Assembly (NCBI RefSeq): GCF_964204645.1
Contig: NC_134025.1
Span: 31,228,299-31,292,298 of the forward strand
Length of the DNA: 64,000 nt
Reading direction: 5' to 3'
Origin: Tubulanus polymorphus
Lineage: Eukaryota > Animalia > Nemertea
Below are positions 1-29,066 of the stretch, in pieces (the first letter of the stretch is position 1; each line of letters opens with the position of its first letter). Both the position numbers and the translations under genes were made by a program. The notes under the pieces are model-generated. The model did not search any database and was not told where the DNA came from. It saw only the letters and a list, made by a program, of their open reading frames with translations.

Positions 1-477
1 TGAACTAATGCAAGTATCATCAGATATCAACAGATAGAATTAACTAGAATCTCCTCTTCACTCTCCTCTCCTCTCATCTAATCTCTAACAACACAAACAT
101 TATCTTCATTCAATCATCTACAGCTATTAATCAGATCTCCTGAATGTGTAATTATAAACTGGGACAGACGGATCGTGAGGGATCGTTAGGGGTCGTGAGG
201 GATCGGGAGGGTTCGGACTACGATTCACTAAAACAACAGTTTATACTCGATCTAATCAATAATAAATACTTCATCCTGACAATTACTGCATCAATTCAAA
301 CTTAAACCTCTTTCTTAAAAAAACTGGGCCAAGTTCTGTTTATAGTTATCCTTGAAATGAGATGTTCAATCTGAGATCGTTCTTTTCTGTTTATCTACAA
401 GGTCCCAGAGTAGCAACAAATTGTTTTACAATTGGCTATGTCAGAAACTTATCATTTGTTCTCGCACTGGATTCAGT

Positions 478-1731
478 AACAGTGAGGTTAGAATGATAAG
501 TGAGGGGAGGTCTCACTCACGAGGGGATCCTGCTACAGCTCAGTAAGGTTAGAATGATGGATGAGGGGAGGTCTCACTCACGAGGGGATCCAGCGACAGC
601 TCAGTGAGGTTAGAATGATAGATGAGGGGAGGTCACACTCACGAGGGGATCCAGCTACAGCTCAGTGAGGTTAGAATGATAGATGAGGGGAGGTCACACT
701 CACGAGGGGATCCAGCTACAGCTCAGTGAGGTTAGAATGATAGATGAGGGGAGGTCTCACTCACGAGGGGATCCAGCTACAGCTCAGTGAGGTTAGAATG
801 ATAGATGAGGGGAGGTCTCACTCACGAGGGGATCCAGCTACAGCTCAGTGAGGTTAGAATGATAGATGAGGGGAGGTCTCACTCACGAGGGGATCCAGCT
901 ACAGCTCAGTGAGGTTAGTGATGAGGTAATCTCACTCACGAGGGGATCCAGCTACAGCTCAGTGAGGTTAGTGATGAGGTAATCTCACTCACGAGGGTAT
1001 CCAGCTACAGCTCAGTGAGGTTAGTGATGAGGTAATCTCACTCACGAGGGGATCCAGCTACAGCTCAGTGAGGTTAGTGATGAGGTAATCTCACTCACGA
1101 GGGTATCCAGCTACAGCTCAGTGAGGTTAGTGATGAGGTAATCTCACTCACGAGGGTATCCAGCTACAGCTCAGTGAGGTTAGTGATGAGGTAATCTCAC
1201 TCACGAGGGTATCCAGCTACAGCTCAGTGAGGTTAGTGATGAGGTAATCTCACTCACGAGGGGATCCAGCTACAGCTCAGTGAGGTTAGTGATGAGGTAA
1301 TCTCACTCACGAGGGTATCCAGCTACAGCTCAGTGAGGTTAGTGATGAGGTAATCTCACTCACGAGGGTATCCAGCTACAGCTCAGTGAGGTTAGTGATG
1401 AGGTAATCTCACTCACGAGGGGATCCAGCTACAGCTCAGTGAGGTTAGTGATGAGGTAATCTCACTCACGAGGGTATCCAGCTACAGCTCAGTGAGGTTA
1501 GTGATGAGGTAATCTCACTCACGAGGGTATCCAGCTACAGCTCAGTGAGGTTAGTGATGAGGTAATCTCACTCACGAGGGTATCCAGCTACAGCTCAGTG
1601 AGGTTAGTGATGAGGTAATCTCACTCACGAGGGGATCCAGCTACAGCTCAGTGAGGTTAGTGATGAGGTAATCTCACTCACGAGGGTATCCAGCTACAGC
1701 TCAGTGAGGTTAGTGATGAGGTAATCTCACT
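478..1731. repeat. Tandem minisatellite in TULP4 intron: about 7 units of 61 bp switching to about 15 units of 53 bp
   Basis: Unit TCACTCACGAGGG(G/T)ATCCAGCTACAGCTCAGTGAGGTTAGTGATGAGGTAATC is repeated directly; period measured from successive copies. Confidence 0.97.
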
Positions 1732-1848
1732 CTGCTGCCGCTGTGCGTTGTGTATGGTTTAATGAAGCCATTGATATACTCCATTGAACACTGACGATTA
1801 ATGACAAATTGCTAAATATGGAAAGAAACTGAGACTAGTAAGACTGCA

Positions 1849-1883
<35 letters not shown>

Positions 1884-1944
1884 GGCATTTAGATACTGAT
1901 TACAAGAACAATTCAATTTATCAGAGTGTACAACCGCACTGCAC

Positions 1945-3142
1945 TGACTTGAGAGTGATATCTGAGTTGGCTGATACAGTAGACCCCGTTCAAGTCGGAT
2001 CTTTTGACTTGAGAGTGATATCTGAGTTGGATGGTACAGTAGACTCCGCTCAAGTCGGATCTTTTGACTTGAGAGTGATATCTGAGTTGGATGGTACAGT
2101 AGACTCCGCTCAAGTCGGATCTTTTGACTTGAGAGTGATATCTGAGTTGGATGATACAGCAGACTCCACTCAAGTCTGATCTTTTGACTTGAGAGTGATA
2201 TCTGAGTTGGATGGTACAGTAGACTCCGCTCAAGTCTGATCTTTTGACTTGAGAGTGATATCTGAGTTGGATGGTACAGTAGACTCCGCTCAAGTCAGAT
2301 CTCTTTTGACTTGAGAGTGATATCTGAGTTGGATGATACAGTAGACTCCGCTCAAGTCGGATCTTTTGACTTGAGAGTGATATCTGAGTTGGATGATACA
2401 GTAGACTCCGCTCAAGTCGGATCTTTTGACTTGAGAGTGATATCTGAGTTGGATGATACAGTAGACTCCGCTCAAGTCAGATCTTTTGACTTGAGAGTGA
2501 TATCTGAGTTGGATGGTACAGTAGACTCCGCTCAAGTCGGATCTTTTGACTTGAGAGTGATATCTGAGTTGGATGATACAGCAGACTCCACTCAAGTCGG
2601 ATCTTTTGACTTGAGAGTGATATCTGAGTTGGATGGTACAGTAGACTCCGCTCAAGTCGGATCTTTTGACTTGAGAGTGATATCTGAGTTGGATGATACA
2701 GTAGACTCCGCTCAAGTCAGATCTTTTGACTTGAGAGTGATATCTGAGTTGGATGGTACAGTAGACTCCGCTCAAGTCGGATCTTTTGACTTGAGAGTGA
2801 TATCTGAGTTCGATGATACAGCAGACTCCACTCAAGTCTGATCTTTTGACTTGAGAGTGATATCTGAGTTGGATGGTACAGTAGACTCCGCTCAAGTCTG
2901 ATCTTTTGACCTGAGAGTGATATCCGAGTTGGATGGTACAGTAGACTCCGCTCAAGTCTGATCTTTTGACCTGAGAGTGATATCCGAGTTGGATGATACA
3001 GTAGACTCCGCTCAAGTCGGATCTTTTGACTTGAGAGTGATATCTGAGTTGGATGATACAGTAGACTCCGCTCAAGTCGGATCTTTTGACTTGAGAGTGA
3101 TATCTGAGTTGGATGATACAGTAGACTCAGCTCAAGTCGGAT
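1945..3142. repeat. 60-bp tandem minisatellite (about 20 copies) with self-complementary unit ends
   Basis: Unit GATCTTTTGACTTGAGAGTGATATCTGAGTTGGATG(A/G)TACAGTAGACTCCGCTCAAGTC(G/A/T). The periodic ORFs at 1913-3180 are artefacts of it. Confidence 0.97.
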
Positions 3143-3206
3143 GGTTTTATCAAACCCTAGTTTTGCTCAATATCTATTAAGAGTAAAAGTCAGAATTTAT
3201 CCTTAC

Positions 3207-3470
3207 CTCATTACGATGTCCTCGTAAGTTAAAGTTTGTTCTAAGTGGCATTTCGAAACTCGTTTTACAATGACACGTCGTGAACGTGGCGCTCACTATT
3301 CCCTTTATATTCCCAGCCGCTAACCAACCTTCCTGGTAATAATGTTGACGATTTAGTTTCCAACCATCCTGCTCGGGGGCGCCACCGTCAGGAACTTTAC
3401 CCATCCACGACAGTGTCTGTATGGTACAGTCACTACGTGTTGGGGTCAGTTGTTCCAGATGTATATGCAT
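3207..3470 (-). CDS. TULP4: Tubby-related protein 4 (TULP4/Tusp), first coding exon; gene continues beyond the left edge
   Basis: The translation LSWMGKVP...YYQEGWLAAGNIKGIVSATFTTCHC...NFNLRGHRNE matches the N-terminus of vertebrate TULP4 as I recall it (LSWKGRVP...YYEEGWLATGNGRGVVGVTFTSSHC...NFNLRGHNSE). It ends at a phase-0 GTAAGG donor at 3206. Acceptor at 3492-3493; upstream UTR donor GTAAGT at 4084. Confidence 0.9.
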
Positions 3471-3537
3471 TCTCGGCTCCTATCAAAACACCTGCAAATT
3501 TAAAATATAATAAATTTAGGCTGAATAATGAATATGT

Positions 3538-3916
3538 CCACTAGGGGGCACTAAAATAATGAGATCTACTAGGGGCACTGTAGCTGATTTACGTCCACTA
3601 GGGGGAGGTGTGAAATAAACATTGTAGGCCTAGTTGATTATTTGTCCAGGAACCCTACTATCATGTAGTAAATGTCCACTAGGGGGCACTGGTGTATGAT
3701 GGAGTAATAAGGCTAAGGGCACTCTAGGGGCTATATTATGTCCACTAGGGGGCACTGTAAGGGGTAGGCCTAATCAGTAATCTGTCTGTCTGTCTGTCTG
3801 TGGTTTAGTTATTGGATATTTTCCATTCGATTATAGGCTAAACGCCACCACCAACGATTAGGTAGGCCCTAACTAACTACGTAAGGGGAGGTGGAATTAT
3901 GTCCACTAGGGGGCGC
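3538..3916 (+). promoter_or_regulatory. Cluster of co-oriented CTCF-like motifs (CCACTAGGGGGC)
   Basis: CCACTAGGGGGC at 3538, 3676, 3742 and 3903, with variants at about 3566 and 3595; matches the CTCF core consensus. Confidence 0.6.
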
Positions 3917-4559
3917 TGCATTTCAAAAAATTAAAATTTTTTCAGAAATAAAATTGAGAGCTGAAAGTGAAAAAATCAATAGGGATTCCGACTAAAAGCA
4001 TTAAAAACCCAGCAGCAGCAGCAGCTGCAGCCAGCCTCCGAGCTACCCTTCTTAAAACATCAAACAACACAAATAAATACTTACTACCGCAGATGCATAT
4101 TGAAAGCAATTCACCATCACAAGAAAATGATGAAAGATAAGCAGGAGCAACTGATGCTGAATGATGCGGATGGATTGGGGATGCGGACAGAGATGCGGAC
4201 TGTGTACCAACACTTTTATTATTTCACAAAAATCATAACTAAATTTCAAATGATGAAATCGTCAATTATTTATCTAATTTTTCTACGGATGGAAAATTGA
4301 AAGTTTAATGGGATTCATGTGATGATTTTGTAGTTTTTAAGGGATGCGATACGCGATGTTACATATACATGGAATGACGTCATCGATTGAACTTTAACCT
4401 CTCATCAATATTAATCTTTATCTTTAAAATATCGAATAAAAGTATTAGAAATGAATTTTAAACACTGAATTCACTTTTCTACACTCAAACCAATGAACTT
4501 TGTTGATTGCATGATAATTAAAGCCTATTTTGATGAAATCAGGAAAAAATTTCATCGGA

Positions 4560-4760
4560 GATTATTGAAATTTCAATGGCGTCCGACCCCCCACGAAGGA
4601 AGAGGATAGTCATGAACGTGTGTGTGTTTGGCGCTGCCTACCACAGTAGAACACAGCTCGATACTCGCCATGTTGATTGTATTTCAACGTACACTCATAC
4701 TGTAGCCATATACAGCACACAATCCACCAACAGTCGCGTAAACGTAAATATTTCATCGTT
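4560..4760. promoter_or_regulatory. Probable bidirectional promoter between TULP4 (-) and INO80 (+)
   Basis: The two genes diverge from this interval. YY1-like ATGGCG motifs occur on both strands (about 4576 + and CGCCATGTT at about 4666). Candidate first-exon donors lie at 4084 (-) and about 4744 (+). Confidence 0.5.
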
Positions 4761-5197
4761 TATTCCAATCGATGTCGATATTTTTCGGTTTCGTCGAATC
4801 GAGCAAATTTACTTTATTTTAACGAACTCGGTTAATTCGCCTGAGGAAGGTGGGCGAATTTCGCCAGCGCATAAACACGTAATTTACTAAAATAAATCGA
4901 AACAAAGTGATTCAAGTCTTAGATGCGCTCCTCAATAAAAAGATAGATACTGATTTGAGAAAGGATCTTTTTCAATTAGGGGGCCTCTAATCACTAAAAA
5001 TAATCATTCATAATCCTAAGACATCCTCTAAATTAGGGCCAGAATTCAAATACTGAAGATTCCTTCAGCTTGAATATCTTCTAGTCAAAGAAAATGGATT
5101 TCAGTAAACCCTGAATTCTGCTGTTATAGTGGAATTAGCTATTACCTCTGCTGGGGTTGATTAACGCCCATTGTTATAACGTTAAGGTCACGCAGCG

Positions 5198-23378
<18,181 letters not shown>

Positions 23379-25542
23379 GAGATTGTCAGCCAATCAGAAA
23401 TGAGTACCGTTATCTACTGATAAATCGTATATATCAACTACAATATCTGCAATTTCACCGTGAGATATCTGATATATCTACTGTTAAATATGACTACTGA
23501 TATATCTATTGAGATTGTCAAGTTTCATAATAAATTGTAATCGATATAATTAATCATTAGAGGCAGGCGTTGTGTGAACTATTTGTCTCTGAGTATGGTT
23601 GGTGCTATTTAGTATGTTCTGTTTCAATTGATTTATCATGAAAGAATATTAGATATCATTCTGTATTTATAAACATTTATCAAGATGATTTGATATCGAA
23701 AATACCGATAATTAGCATTTAATTTTTTTAGTAAGTCCTACAATTGTCTATTGTATAAAGTAGCGTGTCTAATGTATAAAGTCGTATGTCTAATGTATAT
23801 AAAGTTGTGTATATTGTTTATTTTGTAAAGTTGATTAACCAGGAATGTGTGATGAATAAATAAGATTAAATCTTCCTCCACTCAGTTCAACTCATTTTCT
23901 TGTTGTCTTCTTGAATTCTTTTTTCGGTCGATCGAAGTGTTTTCTAGTCAGAGATTCACAGATTCAGTAGATACAGAAACAGACAAACAGTTCTAGGCAG
24001 AACTTTCTGGTTCTTTTCAAAACCGATCTCACAAATGGAACAAGACCCCAATTAACAGCCAGTGATCTTTGTGTTCTTACCAGGATCTCCCAAAAAATCC
24101 TTAGATTTGAATTGTAAATGGAAAATGAAATTGCCAATGTTTTTGAAATGATGTATTGATTTTTTTAATACTGCTTTTCACTTGCCCACAATGAATTCTT
24201 TTTTAGAGCGAAGAAACTAGAAATCCCGATACACGTACGTCTACACAGTACTCGACCTAGTCCCACTGTCCCAGACTCCACTTCCACAGATGTGCACCCC
24301 CACAGTGCAAACTTTTAGCCTTATATCATTTTGCTCGCCGTCTGGGAGTCAACTAAACATAAAAGAGGAAACTTAAAAGGCGGTTTGTAAACGGCTCCCC
24401 GTCACACCGACCAAATTCTAGGGATTTTGGATCTAGACAGAGACAGTAAACAAGACTTGTCCTACGAACATCATCTTGCAATGCATGAAAAGGAATTTAT
24501 GGCTTAATAATAACCGCAGATGTCAATTTCTGCAGCAACCTAACCCGGCCGGCCGCGTGGTAGATGGACGTTTTCAGTTTTGGCCTGACGCTCATAGACA
24601 GCACTGCCTAAGTTAAGACTCACTCTGCCGGATCCAGAGCGCCGACCATCAGTTCAAATTGCAGCTTTGTTCTTAGCCTAAGTAATTTTTTGAAATCTTT
24701 CACTAATTGATACTGTAAACTGGGCGTGAAAGCAATGAAAACGCAACTGAGACTAATTTTTGTTTTTAATAACAGAATTAATGCTATGACTGAATTCCTC
24801 AGTCAATTTCGGCGCCGGTATCGGAGTCTCTGTTGGCGGCGTCCGGAGTCTAAGTCACTGCTCTGTTTAAAAGGTTTATTTAATTCCTGTGTTTTTTATT
24901 TGACAACCCATTTAAATCGAACTCGGTTTCATGTTTTTGTCATTTCAGCAGGCTAATTAGGACCAGACGAACGATCGACTAACGCCCGAAGAGTGTAGCA
25001 GTATAAAAACCGACCGGAGCAGACCGGACAGACTGAAAAAACCAGGCGGCGCTAAATTCGAGAGACGAGCTGTTGAGAATCAAGTAATTTATTTTATATG
25101 GCCTTAAAGTTCGACGATATTGTTCAGCTGGCTACCGGCGTGTATTCAACCGGGCAGTAGAACCTTCTATAAGCTTTCAATTGAAATTCAATTCAACAAT
25201 AGAGACACAATGGCGGTTTTTCAGTGTTGTTGATATTATTCTGACACGCGTCATTGAATACGTCACCGGCTGACTACGGTGTACACAAGCATAGGCATTC
25301 ACCTCTGCACACTCACACTGTGAACATGCTACCGTGGATTCTCCTCCTGGCGATCTTCGCTGCGCTCCCGCTCCTGCTCCTGTTCCTGCTTCCTGAGGAA
25401 CGACGTCTTTATGTTTTATGTGTTACTGTTCGTCTCTGTGCTGTCCTGTACTGTTCCGTGTTCATTAATCCGTTCTATTTTTCAGCAATTAACCCGTTTT
25501 ATTTTTCAGGGCCGATTTCTCTGTCGAATTTCAACGTTTGCT

Positions 25543-25778
25543 GGAACAAAACTAATGTCCGAAAGCGTCAGCTCTCCTTCGCCGGTCACGTGTTGAGGAT
25601 GTCAGACAAAGAGTCGGTCAGGAAATTCTGCCCTCTACACGCCCTCATACGGAACACGAAAACCAGGATGACGAGGCCTCACTTCCCCCACCTATCTACA
25701 AAGTGTGCTGAGTGATGTCAATGACAGGCATATCTGCGGGATTGCGCGGGATACAAATGGAGCGGTTATACTGGATTG
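25543..25778 (+). mobile_element. Degenerate RTE-clade LINE 3' ORF fragment (hairpin arm 1)
   Basis: Encodes VRKRQLSFAGHVLRM and, after a frameshift, ALYTPSYGTRKPG. This resembles the RxxQLxWxGHVxRM...GxRxxGRP C-terminus of RTE reverse transcriptases. Confidence 0.75.
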
Positions 25779-26079
25779 TCACGCTACTAGCATCCATTGT
25801 GTCCTTGTGACCGCCCGGATGAGGGATGATTCTACTGTCACGCTCTTTGTTTCTGGTATTCTGAGTCGGCTGAGGGATGATTCTACTGTCACGCTCTTTG
25901 ATTTCTAGTTTGAGTGCTAGTTTTCATTGTGTCCTTGTGACAACCTCGGTCAGTGGATGAAGTCTCTCGTCGGCTTGTGAGTGCTAGTTTCATTGTGTCC
26001 TTGTGACAACCTCGGTCAGTGGATGAAGTCTCTTGTCACGCTTTTGGGTGCTAGTTGAGATCCTGAATCTCAACCCGGT

Positions 26080-26318
26080 CAAGCTGGTTGTACTGCGCTA
26101 TTTGTGTTTCGTGCAATTTTACAGGTGTGTCAGTTACTGACGTCGCCCAGTACACCCTGTGGTTAGATGGGGAATGTGAGGAGTTGACATTCTGGTTTTC
26201 GCGTTCTGTGTGAGGGCGTGTAGAGGGCAGTATATTCCTGGCTGGCTCATTGTCTGGTGTTCTCGGCATGTAACCGGCGATGGAGAGCTGTAAAGCTTTC
26301 GAACATTAGTTTTGTTCC
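26080..26318 (-). mobile_element. Second degenerate copy of the same RTE fragment in inverted orientation (hairpin arm 2)
   Basis: Its reverse complement aligns collinearly with 25543-25778 at roughly 75% identity by hand, starting GGAACAAAACTAATGT.CGAAAGC. Confidence 0.8.
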
Positions 26319-28409
26319 GTACCAGGTTTTCATCGCTCTTCTCTTTTTTTTCATTTCAGGACTCCCAAGAAGTTGAAGAAGAAGATGCTAGAAGGCGACT
26401 ACAGAAGATGCCGAAAAAATACTGAACTCGGCAATCTTGAAAGTTAAGTTGATACCCATGTAAATTAGGATTAATGATGAAGAAATGTGTGACTACAAAA
26501 TGTTTTTCTTTTACTCAATTTCAGCTTCAACGAAACCCATGAAGACAAAGAAGTACTTCGATTCCGAAAAAAATGATGTAAAATCGACCGACGATCACAC
26601 AACTATATCTGTACTTCGATTTCAAAAAAATAAATTAGACAAAATTAACTTCAACCTTGTAAACTTTCGGACCACATGAAAAAAAGACCAAATATTGTAA
26701 AATTATCGAAAAAAAATGATGTAAAGTCGACCGACGATCACACAACTATATCTGTACTTCGATTCCCGCCTGTTTCGCTCCTGGCAGATGTGTCACATTC
26801 GTAAGGTACACCAACTCAAAAAGTCAAACGAGAGCTCATCAACTAAGATCTGCCGATTAGAGAACAGTGCACAGAAGGGACCAATTTGGATGAAACTCAA
26901 CCAACCAACTTAGGAGATCCTCCGATAATGAACCCAGCCATCATAAAAGGTAATTTGATATTTGATACGAACTTAGAACATTTTAACCGATACTGAACCC
27001 AGCAAACTTGAAATGTAAGTTGATTTCTGGCAAACCGTAGGTTTGCCTATGTTAATGGTCTGGGGAAGCAGTTTTCATTGAAAATGAATAGAGTACCGGT
27101 GTGTCAACAAGGCACAAACATTGGCTGTTGATTGGCGGTTGAACCAATAGTGTTGATTTTTGGTGTCATGGTTTGGCTTATAATGAGTTCTCGAGCCCAC
27201 AAAAATTTCATAGTGATCAAGTTATTTTTAGGGGACTTATTCTTGAAAAACACGTAAAAACCCTGCTTTTTAGCACTAAGTAACTCTCTTCTCTCATTTC
27301 AGGACAACCCGAAGACGACCAGAGAAGACGAGAAGAGATGCCGCCGAATCAACCACCGCTGAGACATGAACTGAAAACGCCACATAAAAAGCTAAGTTGA
27401 TTTATCATTTCTAAGTTATCTTCCGGGGCTTGACGGATAGCTGCAAGTAAATTCTGTAAATTAGATCACCGATCACACAACTATATCTGTACTTCGATTT
27501 CCGATTTCAAAATCAAACCTGGTTTCCCTCCCAGCTGGAGTCTCAAAGATCTCCTAACGCCCCCTCCCGAGTCCCCTCACCTCTAACCCTCAATAAACAA
27601 CATACTTCTGCCGTCTCTGATTCTTCTATTTCCACGTCTACTCGAAGAACTCCGTCAACCCGATGTCGAGGCACCACGAGTTGCATCACAGCCCATGAAG
27701 ACGCCACAGTAAACTGAACCTGGCATCATGAATAAAGCTAAGTTAATTGATTTTTTCAAATCATCCAGGGCCTGACGGATAGCTGCAAGTGAGTTTTGGA
27801 GTGCTGGTCAAGTTCAGCATCTCCGTTTGACATCTAACAGCAAATAAAGTCACTGGTGCCAAAATTTCAAATTATGTACTTCGATATTTCCAGAAAATTC
27901 TGTAAATTTTACCATCGATCACGCAACTATATCTGTACTTCGATTTCTGATTTCAAACCTTGTTTCATTCGCAGCAGGTGGGTGGTTTATGTATAATCAA
28001 CATACGTCTGCCGTCTCTGATTCTTCTATTTCCAGGTCTACACAAATGAACTCAAAGTTTCTTCATCCTGGAGCTTGTAGCGAGACTCAACCGTGGATTT
28101 CTTCTATGGTGGTAGTTTCTACATTGATTCAGGAGCTGCAAACACGGATTTCATTAACATTGATTCAGGACCTACAAAAAACAACAGTGGATTATATAAA
28201 CAATGATTCAGGAGCTGCAGTGACTTCATAGCGCTTTTTTACAAGGGGCCCCTTTAACAGTGTAATTTGCAGGATGATTGTAATGGAATTAAGTAAATGT
28301 GAGTGTGTCAATATAATTTACCATGTTTAGTAAATAAGGTTTATTTTTCCATAGAACAACCTCCTCTAAGTATGCTAGCAACTTGAGATCTTTTCTGTTG
28401 TTATTTTTG

Positions 28410-28698
28410 AAGCATTCTATCGGCTCAGTTAGTAATTAACAAACACATAACCATAAACCATATACTAAATAAAGAAAACAAAGAACCAAAAACTAAATAA
28501 ACAAAACAAACCAAAACTAAATAAACTAAACAAACCAAAACTAAATAAACAAAACAAACCAAAACTAAATAAACTAAACAAACCAAAACTAAATAAACAA
28601 AACAAACAAATAAGCATATAAACCACGGACTCTCGAGTCCATAAACAAAAACTAAATAAAAAAAAACACTAAATAATAACTGATATGATAGAATGCTT
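28410..28698. mobile_element. MITE with AAGCATTCTATC terminal inverted repeats and an internal AAAC/AAAT repeat
   Basis: AAGCATTCTATC at 28410 and GATAGAATGCTT ending at 28698; a related copy lies at 29388-29499. Confidence 0.7.
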
Positions 28699-28798
28699 TA
28701 AATAACTGATGAAAGATCAAGTTTTCATTGAAATAGCGCCCACCGATTCACTTATGTGAATATAATTGATTTATGGAAAATAAGGACTTATATTACTA

Positions 28799-28928
28799 AG
28801 GGATCGTTCGTAAAGTACACACAAGTTTTTGAAGGTTTTATTTACTCTGTGTACGCATATCGTCCGCTATATTTTGTTAAAATAGCCACTTTGCTATGTA
28901 GGTAGATCTAACTTTATGAACGGTCTTC
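28799..28928. mobile_element. Short degenerate MITE (GGG..CGTTC(A/G)TAAAG termini)
   Basis: GGGATCGTTCGTAAAGT ... ACTTTATGAACGGTC; a related copy lies at about 61305-61420. Confidence 0.5.
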
Positions 28929-28939
28929 TACTACGTGAC

Positions 28940-29066
28940 TGACACCTTGACGCGGTGTAGTAGCTTGTGTGCCTCCGTGATCCTGAGAGCTATGCTGGTG
29001 GGGGTATAATATCTCCTGGCAGGTTCAACCATACCAGACAGGTCTAGGGGTAGGGGCCAGACGAAG
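28940..29066 (+). mobile_element. 5' UTR fragment of an RTE-clade LINE (Expander/BovB-like)
   Basis: CACCTTGACGCGGTG...GCTTGTGTGCCTCCGTGATCCTGAGAGCTATGCTGG...CAGGTCTAGGGGTAGGGGCCAGACGAAG resembles the conserved 5' end of RTE elements as I recall it. Confidence 0.6.

Larger units (their letters stand above)
24950..28330 (+). ncRNA. Candidate spliced non-coding host transcript containing the long hairpin and repeated exon-intron units
   Basis: A series of polypyrimidine+AG acceptors (about 24951, 25509, 26359, 26787, 27302, 27534, 27977) and donor-like GTAATT/GTAAGT sites on +, with no continuous ORF. Inferred from motifs only. Confidence 0.35.

Noticed and set aside
478-3142. Regular arrays that superficially resemble CRISPR arrays
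   Set aside because: The units are near-identical end to end with no unique spacers, there are no cas genes, and the context is a eukaryotic intron.
1913-3180. Periodic ORFs on both strands
   Set aside because: They result from a 60-bp repeat that is stop-free in some frames; there is no coding evidence.
4576-4890. 104-aa ORF MASDPPRRKR as the INO80 start
   Set aside because: INO80 homology begins at ATG 5198; this ORF has no recognisable similarity.
27111-27167. miRNA-like stem-loop
   Set aside because: Pairing relies on many G:U pairs and bulges, and I recognise no known mature miRNA; it cannot be supported without small-RNA data.
24244-28262. Possible CACTA/EnSpm-like element bounded by TA-CACAGT and ACAGTG-TA
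   Set aside because: The terminal match is only about 5 of 6 bp and does not extend; no transposase remnant was recognised.
28706-28740. CTGATGA...GAAA hammerhead-like motif
   Set aside because: Stem II and the cleavage triplet are not intact.
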